The notes beneath the pieces are model-generated. The model was not told where the DNA came from. It worked only from the letters and a program-made list of their open reading frames with translations, and made no database searches. The translations under genes and the position numbers were made by a program. Positions 45,801 to 54,250 of a DNA stretch of 64,000 nt are shown here, in pieces. The stretch lies in IMG/VR virus record IMGVR_UViG_3300032893_000031, positions 1 to 64,000 of that record, one strand, 5' to 3'. Position 1 is the first letter of the stretch, and each line of letters begins with the position of its first letter. This DNA is from a virus.

Positions 45801-46447
45801 GCCCCGGCGGTGATGGCCTGCCCAACATCGGCGCCTTCATCCAACGCCTGTGCGGTGCTCAGCGTGCCAAACGCCAGCGGCATCGGGACGCCCGCCGATT
45901 GCATGGCCATTGCCCCGGCAATCATCGGCGTGGACTTGGCCATGCCCTCGATGCCCTTGACGAAAGCATTCTGAGCGCCCGGCGTCGAGGTTTCCTCGCC
46001 CGCATGGGCAATGGCTTCCAGCGGGTTCTGGCCGAATTCGGCTTTCTTCACCGCTTCCTCGGCGGTTGTGCCAGCCCCGCGCAAGAGCTTGCCGACGGCG
46101 CCAATGAAATCGAACGCCCGCGCGATATTCTCGCCGTAACTGAGGGCCTTGAGTTCCGCCTTGGTTTCCAAGCCGGCCAACCCGGAGGATGCGCGTTCAG
46201 CCTCCTCCTTGCCCTTCAACCGCGCAACCGCCCGCTGTGATGCTGGGTCGTACTGGAGACGCGAGATCGAGCGAAAAGGTTCGGTGGATTCGTAAACCTG
46301 CTCGGCCCCGCCCATCAACTTGGCCTGCGCCTCTCTGACCTTGGGCGAAGCAAAGATTTCAGCGGCGTCCTCCTCGGTTGGCGGCTGGTCCCCGCTGACA
46401 ACCAGCGTCGTGCCGGTGTCGTTGTCGGTGATCTTGTAGCGGGGCAT
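39818..46447 (-). CDS. Giant virion-associated protein (internal/ejection or tape-measure-like), 2209 aa
   Basis: Single uninterrupted ORF. Long A/E/K-rich helical regions and hydrophobic segments near the C-terminus (GAAVLLLGYF, AAGVMAAAWGLV). No catalytic motif recognised. Confidence 0.6.
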   Translation of the reverse strand: MPRYKITDNDTGTTLVVSGDQPPTEEDAAEIFASPKVREAQAKLMGGAEQVYESTEPFRSISRLQYDPASQRAVARLKGKEEAERASSGLAGLETKAELKALSYGENIARAFDFIGAVGKLLRGAGTTAEEAVKKAEFGQNPLEAIAHAGEETSTPGAQNAFVKGIEGMAKSTPMIAGAMAMQSAGVPMPLAFGTLSTAQALDEGADVGQAITAGAIGAAIPESGAIAKAGASKLLVEAIDRGITSASRPIVQKSVEALASQGGMQLFMAGVDLPKYIAAAPDERKKMLVENVTANSAWLLMEAPGLLSKVQSHTQASQTDLQRAAEAMHQMVRNPVYLDEIEKHIDRQVIGQMMPSGVAAAVQQTKQAGAPATAAALAEQAIAPKPQPEKGPNAVQPESPQLLRPVRNAPGEGAREVPVEGAVTKDDERGREGGAKAPEPEAPAKPDVAAVPPLRPAINAPGGYYTGRTHSEAIGEARGKGESIPDDNEHLRGYLLPDNTFIPADSEQAKAIYEKETGKPFDKDRRLHSEDLISSKLLPVDYELEKVEKPAEKPAPTAPASAEPAPPTEPEKAKGAKGAEAAPKTNIVQAPEPESFNSIADILKFRKKRLEEERQLYQEQIGITAEQAKRLQELLMREGETTRFEKTLSPNQRKRLEAFFDGPFNQRAGPWKSWETDRRLNPAEIAEETDPDLLASALVSAVERGVEEKPNSDRFISAVIAARRLKELGKTKSDIAKYLDRYTTRESSSQGDKVEFFKNIGSKVNAFLARQGIDLPEGELSSKPQPAPPTKTIAQPSEAPTAKPAVESSSPAAAAKAAETVSKIAAKQGAKKARQAKEGIVDALEDEIDSVIKESEKETPLVDRGDGRYVAGTAYGDIVEEDGKFKVTVSGGPGRGKAWYSSKEDSLEDARRVIAAAGAVGKGKATISIPNDGEFTVVRSGPELLELRDRAARIKTTSQSTKPVPSGGEGKLSEQADKIVKAYGSPEAAYQTAVRQKNALQSQEPPRDSAGREEWNSQIQAADALIGELYPRTKAGVLETKAEKARDSAATYREGAQSFRDAIAKIEKVKRKTARHKQELADLQSRLEENQKRLAEFERNAESFEQQAAKEKAALEPESEAMDSESLVRELHENPDPTQADLDAVVSKLSDADKKKYAPVLEIAKRKIEKTADLAARNVRMAQPDTGVDLQHPPEESITTEAPPPEPAAVGPGMGGAIPQEFEQSPRTPTSIKNATVDQERATRGLPPAIQPLKRSFGEVWDRAMAMIDHDPDTQDRLIADLKAKPRALNDTEDALLLHRQVDLQNEYGKATRDLALAHDEGRTEAAETEKIRVANLSDKLQELYDIGKQVGTETGRGLNARKMMAYEDFTLAKMMLDKRAAVGGRPLTDGENAEIARLHGEIERAQKAFEDYRTQSENRLREEAMKRAMAESAKGLDIHPKVLEAARKIVSTLDKKADAARERIRARMGRTTAGVDPTVLLDLAEIGASHLAHKIVDAAEWGAKMIADVGEWVRPHLDEVRAKAEELLNTATAGKPEPVKTAIRGMSVPEAKEAVGKAIKDKMDRKQKEKIPFMLQQLARLLYANGITEREAMVDALHEVMQGADPNITRREVMDAFSGYGDYKTLTKDQITVALRGMKGELQQLAKLEDMAKGVPPAKSGVERRTPTEAERQLIKRVNDAKFRFQVPVQDPETQLKSALDTMKTTLANRIKDYEQRLADKEFDPRPRRTLELDADAMRLKAAAERVKKRFREALLADRLKNRTNWEKAADMATKYRRFGVLSSPVVLPKLISAGLQRLATLPLEDLAGTAYRRLPGVTGVAEKAPLEGAGLNLKAEMTGYGAAFTKGMKDAYDVIRKGHTDLDVLYGKAAESYTGEYEFGSRMLALPGRIHGMLKAPVKRAAFERAVQRLGEFYAKQGLDPNDEFVKTRIAVEAYKAANAAIFLQDNFIASKVSAFLSQKIDKTTGHATPGSKAWSTAGRVALPIVRVPLNIVGETMQYVGGLASAPVRLMAAYSRGIENLKPEQADLIMRELKKGSLGAAVLLLGYFNPNVVGGYYQPGKKREKGDVPAGSIRVYGHDVPSWLLHNPLLETAQIGATVRRVSESYLRKKDTEPQGLAAGVMAAAWGLVEQVPFIREELEIEKLRNPYTRARWLQDQAKSVLIPAAVQKAAEWQDQGTKRKPETIGQTLETGIPWLRQQVPAAPAR

Positions 46448-47598
46448 TACAGACCCTCAATCGTGAATTTCTTGCCGCTGGTGGTTGGCACCGTGGCGGT
46501 CCCAGGCGGTGCGCTCGGCTGCTCGGCATCCGATTTCAACCACGCAGGCTTGGCTGTGCCCGCATACTTCTGATAGGTGAATTTGAGCAGTTTCACGGCG
46601 GCATCGGCTATCAGCTTGGGGTCAACCCGCCCGTCGCTGCCTTTCAGTTCCGCGTCGTTGGATTTCTCAAGGTCGCGCTTCACTGCGTCCAGATGGCGGC
46701 TGATAAACGCTTCCTCGGAACCGGCGGACTTCAACTCGCTTTTCAGCTTCTCAAGGTCCACGCGGTCAGTGAACCGCTTGGCCTCGCGCTCAAACCATTG
46801 GTCCTGGCGCGTTTCCTGATTCTCGCGCTGGCGGGCGGCGACGTTCTGGACTTCCTTGAATGTCGGGCCATAGCGCCCTTGAGACTCCTGCCACACCATG
46901 TCAGGATTGTTCGGCCGCTTGCGGGCGGTCTCAATCGCCTTCTGCGTGGCGTCCGTTAGCTTGTCCAGCACATCCTGGCTCGGGGTCTTGCCGATGAAGC
47001 CTTGGAACTGCCCGGCGGCGGCGGGGTCCAGGCTGGAAAGGTATTCCACGCGGGACTTGAAGTCCGAAGCGGCGGCCTTGGCGACACCCATGCGGCTAAC
47101 CGCCGTCTCCATTGTCTGAACCATCTGGCGGCCTCGGTTGCTCTCAACAATCGGAGGCGGTGTTGCGGGGTCATCCTTGAGTTTGTCCCGCCAGTCTTTG
47201 AGGGTGTTCATGTCTCGCAGCCACGCCGCGCTTTCGTTCTTGGAGTCGTTCAACTGCATCCAGGTGGATTCGAGATTGGCCACGCCGTTGAGGGTCGCAA
47301 CCTGTGCTTGAGTGGCTTTGATCTTCCACATCGGGTCGGCCATGTTCGCCCGGCCTTCGTTGAAGGCTTTGGAGAATCGGCTAAAGAACCCGCCGCCAGC
47401 GGGGGCATCTTCCGGTTGCTGGCCGGCTTCGTCTTGGACGGCGTTGGGCGCAGAGCCGCCGCCTGAGCCGGTCGCTGCCTTTATGAGCGATGCTCCAGCT
47501 AATCCCAGGATTGACGGGATTGTCGAGGTATCCACGCGGCGGGATGTCAGAGAGGACAGCCACGCCGGGGGTTGAACTTCAAAGGGATCGGATGCCAT
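46447..47598 (-). CDS. Virion structural protein candidate
   Basis: Starts MASDPFEV, preceded by AGGA. TAATG junction with the giant gene. Confidence 0.5.
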   Translation of the reverse strand: MASDPFEVQPPAWLSSLTSRRVDTSTIPSILGLAGASLIKAATGSGGGSAPNAVQDEAGQQPEDAPAGGGFFSRFSKAFNEGRANMADPMWKIKATQAQVATLNGVANLESTWMQLNDSKNESAAWLRDMNTLKDWRDKLKDDPATPPPIVESNRGRQMVQTMETAVSRMGVAKAAASDFKSRVEYLSSLDPAAAGQFQGFIGKTPSQDVLDKLTDATQKAIETARKRPNNPDMVWQESQGRYGPTFKEVQNVAARQRENQETRQDQWFEREAKRFTDRVDLEKLKSELKSAGSEEAFISRHLDAVKRDLEKSNDAELKGSDGRVDPKLIADAAVKLLKFTYQKYAGTAKPAWLKSDAEQPSAPPGTATVPTTSGKKFTIEGL

Positions 47599-47605
47599 AA
47601 TTATC

Positions 47606-48313
47606 CTATAGCAACATGCCAAGCAGACCGCCAATTCCTCCACCACCCCCACCTCCGCCATCGGAGCCGCTGGTGTTGAGTAGTCCGCCGCTCAAACCGC
47701 CAAGGAAGCTTGAAGCCATGTCCCACGTCCCCTGCACGCGCGGGTCGGGCATCGCGTGAACCTGGGCTTGCAGCCACTTATCTTCCCACGACATGTTGCG
47801 CTCCTGGGTGTCAAACGTCGCCTCTTGCGCGGGGCTGATGAACATGCTCGCTGCGTTGATCATCCCCGGTGCGTAGATTTTATCCACCGCCCCCATCCAG
47901 CCTTCCAACGAGGAAAGCCCTTGCTGGGTCAGTTCCAAGCTGGTCAGCCCGAGGTCGCGGGCAACCAAGTCGCCAGCCGCCCCGCTCCCGGCATAGCCGC
48001 CGCCCAAGGCTTTAGCGGCTGCGCTGCGCGTCACCGCCCCGCTCACGTCCGCCGGGATTTCACCTTTGAGCATGGACTCAATGTTCGCCCCCGCCTCGGC
48101 GCCCATTCCCGGCACGTTGATGCCCACCGCCGACAGCATTTGATTCATCTGCTGCTCACTGAAAAGGTTGGCGCTGCTGGTGAGTGCCTCTGCCGCCGGG
48201 AGATTCGCCTGATTGTTGGCGATGGATTTGCCCTGCTCTTTGCCGAGGTCGAGCGATGTCCATTTTGGGACGGATGGTTTTTCGCCGAATAGCCGTGAGA
48301 AAAAGTCTGCCAT
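47606..48313 (-). CDS. Internal virion protein-like (Gly-run, hydrophobic C-terminus)
   Basis: Starts MADFFSRLFG. C-terminal GGGGGGGGIGGLLGMLL. Confidence 0.45.
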   Translation of the reverse strand: MADFFSRLFGEKPSVPKWTSLDLGKEQGKSIANNQANLPAAEALTSSANLFSEQQMNQMLSAVGINVPGMGAEAGANIESMLKGEIPADVSGAVTRSAAAKALGGGYAGSGAAGDLVARDLGLTSLELTQQGLSSLEGWMGAVDKIYAPGMINAASMFISPAQEATFDTQERNMSWEDKWLQAQVHAMPDPRVQGTWDMASSFLGGLSGGLLNTSGSDGGGGGGGGIGGLLGMLL

Positions 48314-48320
48314 AAAGTTC

Positions 48321-49343
48321 CTAAATGAGAGTTGGGACGATTTCGGTCTGTCCGATGTTGCTCCCCTTGACTTCAAACGACGGGACTTCGCCGTCGCCGG
48401 TGTGGTGTTGAAGCTGTTCTTCCAAAAGCTGAACAGCGCCCAGGACCATTGACCCGTCCTTGTTCTTGCCGCCATTCCACAACAGGTTTGCTTCAACCCA
48501 CTGATGTTGCTCCTCGGCAATCAAGGCCAGTCCGCCCAACCGCAGGGCTCCGATGTTGTCAACGACAAGGTAATCGGTCGGGTTGGCCACCGGATGAAAC
48601 GCCTTCTTGCCGATGAGTTCCACCGACGGCGTTTGGCCGGGCAGGAACGGCAGAAGATACCGCTTCCATGAAGGGCTGGCGTCCCAATACTGGTACTGGC
48701 CTAATAACGTGCCGGTCACACCCCCGATGTAGAGCCACCATTGGCCGCTCATTCCGGCGGGCGGTTGGACGCCTGTCACTTGGCTGAATTGGTTCACAGT
48801 GTTGGTGCCCGCCCCTTGCGCGAGGGCTACGAGTTCACCGTCCTGCCAGACGCCGCCAACCTGTGTGCGAATCCAATTCTTGTTGGTGTCCAGCCCGAGA
48901 ATCAGCACCTTGGCCCCAACATCGGCGGCCACGTCGCATTTGACGGTCAGGATACCCGGCGTTGTGATGTCGGCAATCACGGGGTAGTTGCCGCGGTAAA
49001 TGCACTCGCCGCCCGAGTAGTATTGCAGCGGTTGGCCGGCGGGCGGTGTGAGCGTGCCTGCCCCATTGCCGTTGAATTCATACCACAACCCGCGCACGCG
49101 CAGCGGGACATTGGATTGCGCTACCTTCTCAATGGTGTCAATCTCCGGCGGGAGTGTCAGGAAATTCGAGGAAAGCGCCACCGTGTAACACCCGTAGGTG
49201 CCCCAATACTTGCCCTTATGCAGCAACCGCTCAGAGACAAGGTTTACGATGTCAACAGCGCGACTATCGGTGGGCGGAATGTTCCAAGCCTCGCATAACC
49301 TTGCGGGGGCCGACAGGGCGTAACCTAAAGTGCGTCGTTGCAT
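48321..49343 (-). CDS. Tail/adaptor structural protein candidate
   Basis: 340-aa ORF between the fibre and internal-protein genes. Confidence 0.45.
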   Translation of the reverse strand: MQRRTLGYALSAPARLCEAWNIPPTDSRAVDIVNLVSERLLHKGKYWGTYGCYTVALSSNFLTLPPEIDTIEKVAQSNVPLRVRGLWYEFNGNGAGTLTPPAGQPLQYYSGGECIYRGNYPVIADITTPGILTVKCDVAADVGAKVLILGLDTNKNWIRTQVGGVWQDGELVALAQGAGTNTVNQFSQVTGVQPPAGMSGQWWLYIGGVTGTLLGQYQYWDASPSWKRYLLPFLPGQTPSVELIGKKAFHPVANPTDYLVVDNIGALRLGGLALIAEEQHQWVEANLLWNGGKNKDGSMVLGAVQLLEEQLQHHTGDGEVPSFEVKGSNIGQTEIVPTLI

Positions 49344-49346
49344 AAA

Positions 49347-50216
49347 TCAGCCAACAAGAAAAACTCTCGCCGTGCGCTTGGCAAAAATTACACCCTTATA
49401 GTTCGGGAGGTTGTTGTGAGAAACAACCGCCGCCGGGGTTGCCCCATTCCCGCCGGCAATCGTGATTGGGTATCCCGCCGATTGGTTGGCCGCGCTCATT
49501 GCCCCAGTGTCACCCGCAGCAACTTGAACCTGCGTAGCCAGCGTGTCGGCCCCGAATCCGCCTACGGAAGCGTTGTCCCAGCCGTGGCATTCGTCAGTTG
49601 TGCTCGGATGGAACCCCATCCTGGCCCCGTGCGTATGGGGCGGCATTTGGGATTGAGTTAGCGCCACCCGCTCCTCGCCGCCAACATCCCCGACGGCAAT
49701 GCTTTTTGCTGAGGTTTGGTCGTAGGCCGTTGGATTCAGCCCAGCCCCAATCGGGACTTTGAAAACGTTCACGCCGTTGGCCCCGGCGTTCGGATCGCTG
49801 GGCTCACCGGAACCAAACGCTGTGTCGCGCACCCACATGGCGCCGGTGGTTGAAGTCGGTGGTGTGGTAATCGGGTTGCTGCCATCTCCGCCGTCGAAAC
49901 TCCACAGATCGGAATCACTCCCTGCCCAGATTATCCTCTGCTGGCTGCTGGGAGGAACCGGATGCGGGCGAACCCACGCCCCGCTGCCGAACGTGAACAG
50001 CCCAACCAGATTGCCAGAGCTATCGGTTTTGATCCACGGCTTGTCCTGATCGTCCACGCTGGGCGTGGTAGGCCCGAGGTTGAACGTGCTGTAGTTGCCG
50101 GGCAGGTAGGCGATTAACAGCGCAACGATGTCGTTCAGGAACGTCTGCGGGGATGAGGGATAACAGTAACCGGGAGCTAGGTTGCCGTTGGTGATTTGGA
50201 TCAAAGCGTTCTGCAT
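49347..50216 (-). CDS. Tail fibre protein with a phage tail-collar domain
   Basis: GGEERVALTQSQMPPHTH and SHNNLPNY match the tail-collar (MdpB-like) pattern. Confidence 0.7.
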   Translation of the reverse strand: MQNALIQITNGNLAPGYCYPSSPQTFLNDIVALLIAYLPGNYSTFNLGPTTPSVDDQDKPWIKTDSSGNLVGLFTFGSGAWVRPHPVPPSSQQRIIWAGSDSDLWSFDGGDGSNPITTPPTSTTGAMWVRDTAFGSGEPSDPNAGANGVNVFKVPIGAGLNPTAYDQTSAKSIAVGDVGGEERVALTQSQMPPHTHGARMGFHPSTTDECHGWDNASVGGFGADTLATQVQVAAGDTGAMSAANQSAGYPITIAGGNGATPAAVVSHNNLPNYKGVIFAKRTARVFLVG

Positions 50217-50230
50217 AATCTAAGGATACA

Positions 50231-51040
50231 TCAATGTTGGGTTACTGACACGACATCCATTTGCAAGAACTGCCCGCCATCGGTGGTGGCTCCCTGCGAG
50301 TTGTAGTACGGGTCTTGCACGATAGCCGGGTTCAGCGGCGGGTCGGTGTCGGCGGGCGTGAGCACCCAATGATAGTAGGGAACGGGTCCGGGGTTTAGCA
50401 CCGAATTCTGGAACAGAGAGAAGCCGACCGGGAACGGGCCTGCCATCGAGGTCACTATCGGAACCCCGGCGGGCGGCGTGCCGACAAAACCGTTATCCAC
50501 CTGCACGCCATCTCCCGGCAGCGGATAGCCCGAGATGGCTTGCAACGTCAGCGAAGCCCCCACCGGAACCGCCGGAATGGTGATCTGATAATCCACCCCG
50601 CCGATGGTTTTGAGCTGCGAGCCGCTGGGGCTGTCCCAGTTGTTCAGGTAGTAACTGGCGTTGTAGGCGGGATTGGCGCAAGTGATTTTCAGCAAGTAAA
50701 CGTTGTAGGTGGAGGCTCCGGGCGTGGCGTTGAGCAGGCACAGGTTTTGGGTTGCGCCCGCAACGCAGACGCCCGAAGTGTTGGGTTGGAGAGTGCCCCC
50801 GGTGTAATCGGAGTTGAGTTCGACGATGCCCCTGATCCTGAGAGTCAGATCGTAGGTCTGACCGGCGGTGCCGACCAGCGTGGTGGTGCTCGAAACATTC
50901 TCCGCGCAGAAGCAGCCCCCGATGTAGAGATACTGCTTGCACGGCAATAGCCACACCAACCCGCTGAGCTGGCCGGGAATCGGCGGTGGCGCAACGCCCA
51001 TGAAGGGGTCGGGGTCGCAGCAAATGTTGTCGGTGTTCAT
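50231..51040 (-). CDS. Fibre/receptor-binding-like protein, paralogous to the C-terminus of the next gene
   Basis: Shares LVWLLPC, DLTLRIRGIVEL, YYLNNWDS and the terminal QFLQMDVVSVTQH with 51044-51619. Confidence 0.55.
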   Translation of the reverse strand: MNTDNICCDPDPFMGVAPPPIPGQLSGLVWLLPCKQYLYIGGCFCAENVSSTTTLVGTAGQTYDLTLRIRGIVELNSDYTGGTLQPNTSGVCVAGATQNLCLLNATPGASTYNVYLLKITCANPAYNASYYLNNWDSPSGSQLKTIGGVDYQITIPAVPVGASLTLQAISGYPLPGDGVQVDNGFVGTPPAGVPIVTSMAGPFPVGFSLFQNSVLNPGPVPYYHWVLTPADTDPPLNPAIVQDPYYNSQGATTDGGQFLQMDVVSVTQH

Positions 51041-51043
51041 CGG

Positions 51044-53758
51044 CTAATGCTGAACGACGGAAACCACGTCCACCTGGAGCCATTGACCCCCAAACGGTTG
51101 ATTCACCACTGGGTTGATCGGTGGGTCGCCCGGCCCGGGGGTGATCGTGATGGGGTTGCCCAAGTGGTCAATGTTCTTGATCTCGTTCTGGTCGCCCCCG
51201 GAATTGGCGTTGAGCAGGAATTTCGATCCCGCCGGTACATTAAGAACGGTGAACGTGTAATCCACGGCCTTGCAATAGCTATGGTTGGACACCTGCCCGG
51301 AATCCCAGTTGTTCAGATAGTAGGTGAGGGCGAACGAGGGGCTCGCCGAACTGATAGCCAGGCTGTAGATATTGTATGGGTCGGCTGGCTGCGGCGTGCC
51401 CCCTAGGTTCAAGTTGTTGTTGGTCCCGCCAATGACGGTCCCGCCGACGTAATCCTTCAACTCCACCACACCGCGGATTCTCAGCGTGATGTCGTAATAC
51501 ACACCGGCGGCACCTTCGAGCTTGGCGCTGGTGCTGTAATTGTCGGCGCAAACACAGCTTGTGCTGGAAGCGTCAGAGAGGCACGGCAAGAGCCACAACA
51601 GGCCGTCAAGTTGGGCTTGCGGCGTGCAGGATAACCCCGCCTTAGCCTTGGCCACCGCCGCGGCATACGCCTGGGCGTCGGCGTCATCCTGCGAGCAATA
51701 AGAGGTGTATGTCCCGGCGGCAATCGTCGCGGTGTTTGACCCGGTGGCTGGCGGCGTGCAGGAGACTGTAACGGTTTGCTCGGCGTTCTTGAACAGCGCG
51801 GCGGGGCGCAGCGCGTTGTTGTCCTCCGGCTGGTCCACGCAGTAGATGCGGAACTGCTTGAGTTCGCCGTAGCCGTTGAATTCCAGGCGAGGTTGAAACT
51901 GGTAGCCCGTCCGCCACTTCCGGTTGTTGCTCGATGAATCGAAGTCATCCGCCGGGCGCGGGAACTTGATGGGGCTGCGCTGTTCATCCCGCAGATTGAG
52001 CGGCCCCGTGCAGTCGGCGGGATTGCACGTCTGGTTGGGAGAGCACACCCCAGAGTTTGCCCAGGGCCGCCAACAGGGGTTCTGGTCGGATCGGTACTTG
52101 AGGTTGTAGGTGAGCGTGCCCGAGATGTCCTGCAATACCATGCGTGCGGATTCCAGGGCCTTGAACCTGTCGGAGTCCCCGCAGTTGTAACTCGGAAAAT
52201 CCAGCGTCCAGGGAATGGCATCCGTCTCGTTGTCGAATTTCAGATCGGGAATGATTTCCCAAAGCTCAATCTGATTACTGTCGTTGAGCGTGTAGGCAAA
52301 GCAGCGGTCATTGTTGTTAACCGTCCCCACCACCGTCTGAAATATGCGTTCCTTCGCCCAAATCCCTTCCCAGCACGGCGGGTTCTTGCCGCGCAGGCTC
52401 GAAAGTTCGTTGAAGTCAATCACCGCCAGCCCGCGAAACCAGACGCCCCGGATGCTCTGCACGGGTGAGACCGTCATCAGCAGGCGGTTGTCGAACAGCA
52501 CCGCCGAACCGTGCTCAAGAAGCTGGGTGGTGTCGTAGGCGAGGATGCTATTGACCTCGTTGGACATCGGGGAATTGCCCCATCGCTCGCGGAATTCCCG
52601 GCGGGCCATCATGTAGCTGCGAATGCCGTCCAGCGCGCGATACCAGATGTCGGTGTTGATCAGGATGGTCGAATCCTGGCCCAGCGGCCCCTTGATCGGG
52701 TTGGCCGTTTGCAGGGCGTTGGACAGGTTCTTCCAGGTTGTGCGGTCGAACGGCAGGTTGACGGTGAACACCATGTTGGGCTGGCCGATGATCACCGGCC
52801 CCTGACCAAGCTGGGTGTCCTCCATCGCCACCCCGCGCATTGCCAGAATCGGGCCGACGTTGCTCGGCGCTCCAAACACCCGCGCCACAAAATCCCCGCC
52901 TTCGTTCAGGTAATTGTTGTCGCTGAATTGCAGCAGGTCGTAGGTGGTGCCGCTGTTTTCAAACACCAGGTTGCCCGCCCGGTAGCTCTGGCGGTCGGGG
53001 AGGGCCACCAACAGACGCCCCATCGCGTAGCACATGACGTTGCCCACCGGAACCTCCGAGGCGGCGGGGTTGGCCCGGCGCGAGGTTGAGCCATCGAAGA
53101 TTATGGCCGCCGATTGGTTGTCCTGATAAATCGCGTATTGCTCGGCCTGGCACCACCAGCCCATTTGCAGCCGCCCGGAGTTGCGGCCTGTCGCGGGCGT
53201 GATCTCCGACACCGACCACTTGTCGATCTGGATGGCGAATTGGCGGCCGCCCTGGGAGGAAAGCAGCGAGGAGGAAAACGCGCCGTTGTAGAAGGACGCC
53301 CGCTGGAACAGCCCGGTCTGGAAATTGCGGGCGACCGCCACCGAGTTGAACACCAGGATGGCCGGCGTGTGGATGATGTTCCCCGCCTGCGCGGCGGTCA
53401 GGTTTTGGAGCGTGACTTGCGTGGGGGAATCTATCGAAAGCAGGTTCAGGGCGTAAGGTCCAACCGACACCGAGGGCGAGTTGATGTCAATGTCCGCCGT
53501 GCTGGCGACCGACACCGACACCCCGGCGTTGACCGGCGGGATGGCAAACGGTGCGGTAATCGCTGTCGTGGAGAGGAAGGTAAGCGGGCGTTTGATCCAG
53601 CCGGAGCGCGGACGTGCCCGCCCGCCGCGAACGGTAGCATTCGAGGCGGCGGCCAGCATGTCGCGCGGCAACAAGTCTGGAGGCGTGTTTTGGTCGATCC
53701 CGCCTGCAAAATCCAAATTGCCATCCGTCAGGAAGGGTCTATTGTCGGCTTGTTTCAC
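51044..53758 (-). CDS. Large tail protein (nozzle/tailspike-like) with a C-terminal receptor-binding-like module
   Basis: 904 aa, first gene of the minus-strand late block. The C-terminal 191 aa are paralogous to 50231-51040. Confidence 0.55.
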   Translation of the reverse strand: MKQADNRPFLTDGNLDFAGGIDQNTPPDLLPRDMLAAASNATVRGGRARPRSGWIKRPLTFLSTTAITAPFAIPPVNAGVSVSVASTADIDINSPSVSVGPYALNLLSIDSPTQVTLQNLTAAQAGNIIHTPAILVFNSVAVARNFQTGLFQRASFYNGAFSSSLLSSQGGRQFAIQIDKWSVSEITPATGRNSGRLQMGWWCQAEQYAIYQDNQSAAIIFDGSTSRRANPAASEVPVGNVMCYAMGRLLVALPDRQSYRAGNLVFENSGTTYDLLQFSDNNYLNEGGDFVARVFGAPSNVGPILAMRGVAMEDTQLGQGPVIIGQPNMVFTVNLPFDRTTWKNLSNALQTANPIKGPLGQDSTILINTDIWYRALDGIRSYMMARREFRERWGNSPMSNEVNSILAYDTTQLLEHGSAVLFDNRLLMTVSPVQSIRGVWFRGLAVIDFNELSSLRGKNPPCWEGIWAKERIFQTVVGTVNNNDRCFAYTLNDSNQIELWEIIPDLKFDNETDAIPWTLDFPSYNCGDSDRFKALESARMVLQDISGTLTYNLKYRSDQNPCWRPWANSGVCSPNQTCNPADCTGPLNLRDEQRSPIKFPRPADDFDSSSNNRKWRTGYQFQPRLEFNGYGELKQFRIYCVDQPEDNNALRPAALFKNAEQTVTVSCTPPATGSNTATIAAGTYTSYCSQDDADAQAYAAAVAKAKAGLSCTPQAQLDGLLWLLPCLSDASSTSCVCADNYSTSAKLEGAAGVYYDITLRIRGVVELKDYVGGTVIGGTNNNLNLGGTPQPADPYNIYSLAISSASPSFALTYYLNNWDSGQVSNHSYCKAVDYTFTVLNVPAGSKFLLNANSGGDQNEIKNIDHLGNPITITPGPGDPPINPVVNQPFGGQWLQVDVVSVVQH

Positions 53759-53778
53759 AGCGCATTGGCCATTCAGCG

Positions 53779-53807
53779 TTGCTATAAGCCAATGTTGGCC
53801 TTATTGT
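53779..53807 (+). promoter_or_regulatory. Sigma70-like promoter in the 75-bp divergent intergenic region
   Basis: TTGCTA (53779-53784), 17 nt, then TATTGT (53802-53807). About 26 nt upstream of ATG 53834. Confidence 0.4.
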
Positions 53808-53833
53808 CCAATAAAATCGCGTTACTGAAACGT

Positions 53834-54250
53834 ATGCCGCAAGTCCCGCCAATCGTAGGAACGCCCGACCAGATTGATGTTTTCAAAATCGGCACCAGCA
53901 CCCACCGTGTCCAGATCAACCCCGCCTTGATGGCGATGATCCAATCTCTCACCGAAAGGGTGAATCAAGTAGCCGCTTCGCAGTCCTCGACTTCCAAAGG
54001 GGCGGCGAGTCCGTCCATCGTCACCGGTCAGGTGCCGCTGTCTCAGGGTGTCGCCAACGGCTCGGTGTCCAATCTCGGGCTTCCTTCCGCTCCGCGCGCA
54101 ATTACAGCCTGGGTGTCCGGTCCCGACCCAGGACTGGCCATTACCGCGCACATCACCGCCGGCAGCGCGACCACCAACGGGTTCCTCTACAATTTGAGCG
54201 CCCAGCCGGATTCGGACGGCTATTACCTGAGCTACATCGCCGTACTATGA
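53834..54250 (+). CDS. Hypothetical fibre-module protein
   Basis: Starts MPQVPPIVG. Only the 3' third of track ORF 53114-54250 lies outside the antisense gene. An alternative ATG at 53792 falls inside the promoter candidate. Confidence 0.5.
   Translation: MPQVPPIVGTPDQIDVFKIGTSTHRVQINPALMAMIQSLTERVNQVAASQSSTSKGAASPSIVTGQVPLSQGVANGSVSNLGLPSAPRAITAWVSGPDPGLAITAHITAGSATTNGFLYNLSAQPDSDGYYLSYIAVL

Noticed and set aside
50231-53758. Diversity-generating retroelement (template/variable repeat) as the explanation for the duplicated C-terminal modules
   Set aside because: No reverse transcriptase is present in the window. The two copies are only moderately similar at the nucleotide level, with differences not restricted to adenines.
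53114-53833. 5' two-thirds of the 378-aa + strand ORF 53114-54250
   Set aside because: It overlaps the 904-aa minus-strand tail gene and translates to R/G-rich sequence. Only the part after the divergent promoter region (ATG 53834) looks like real protein.
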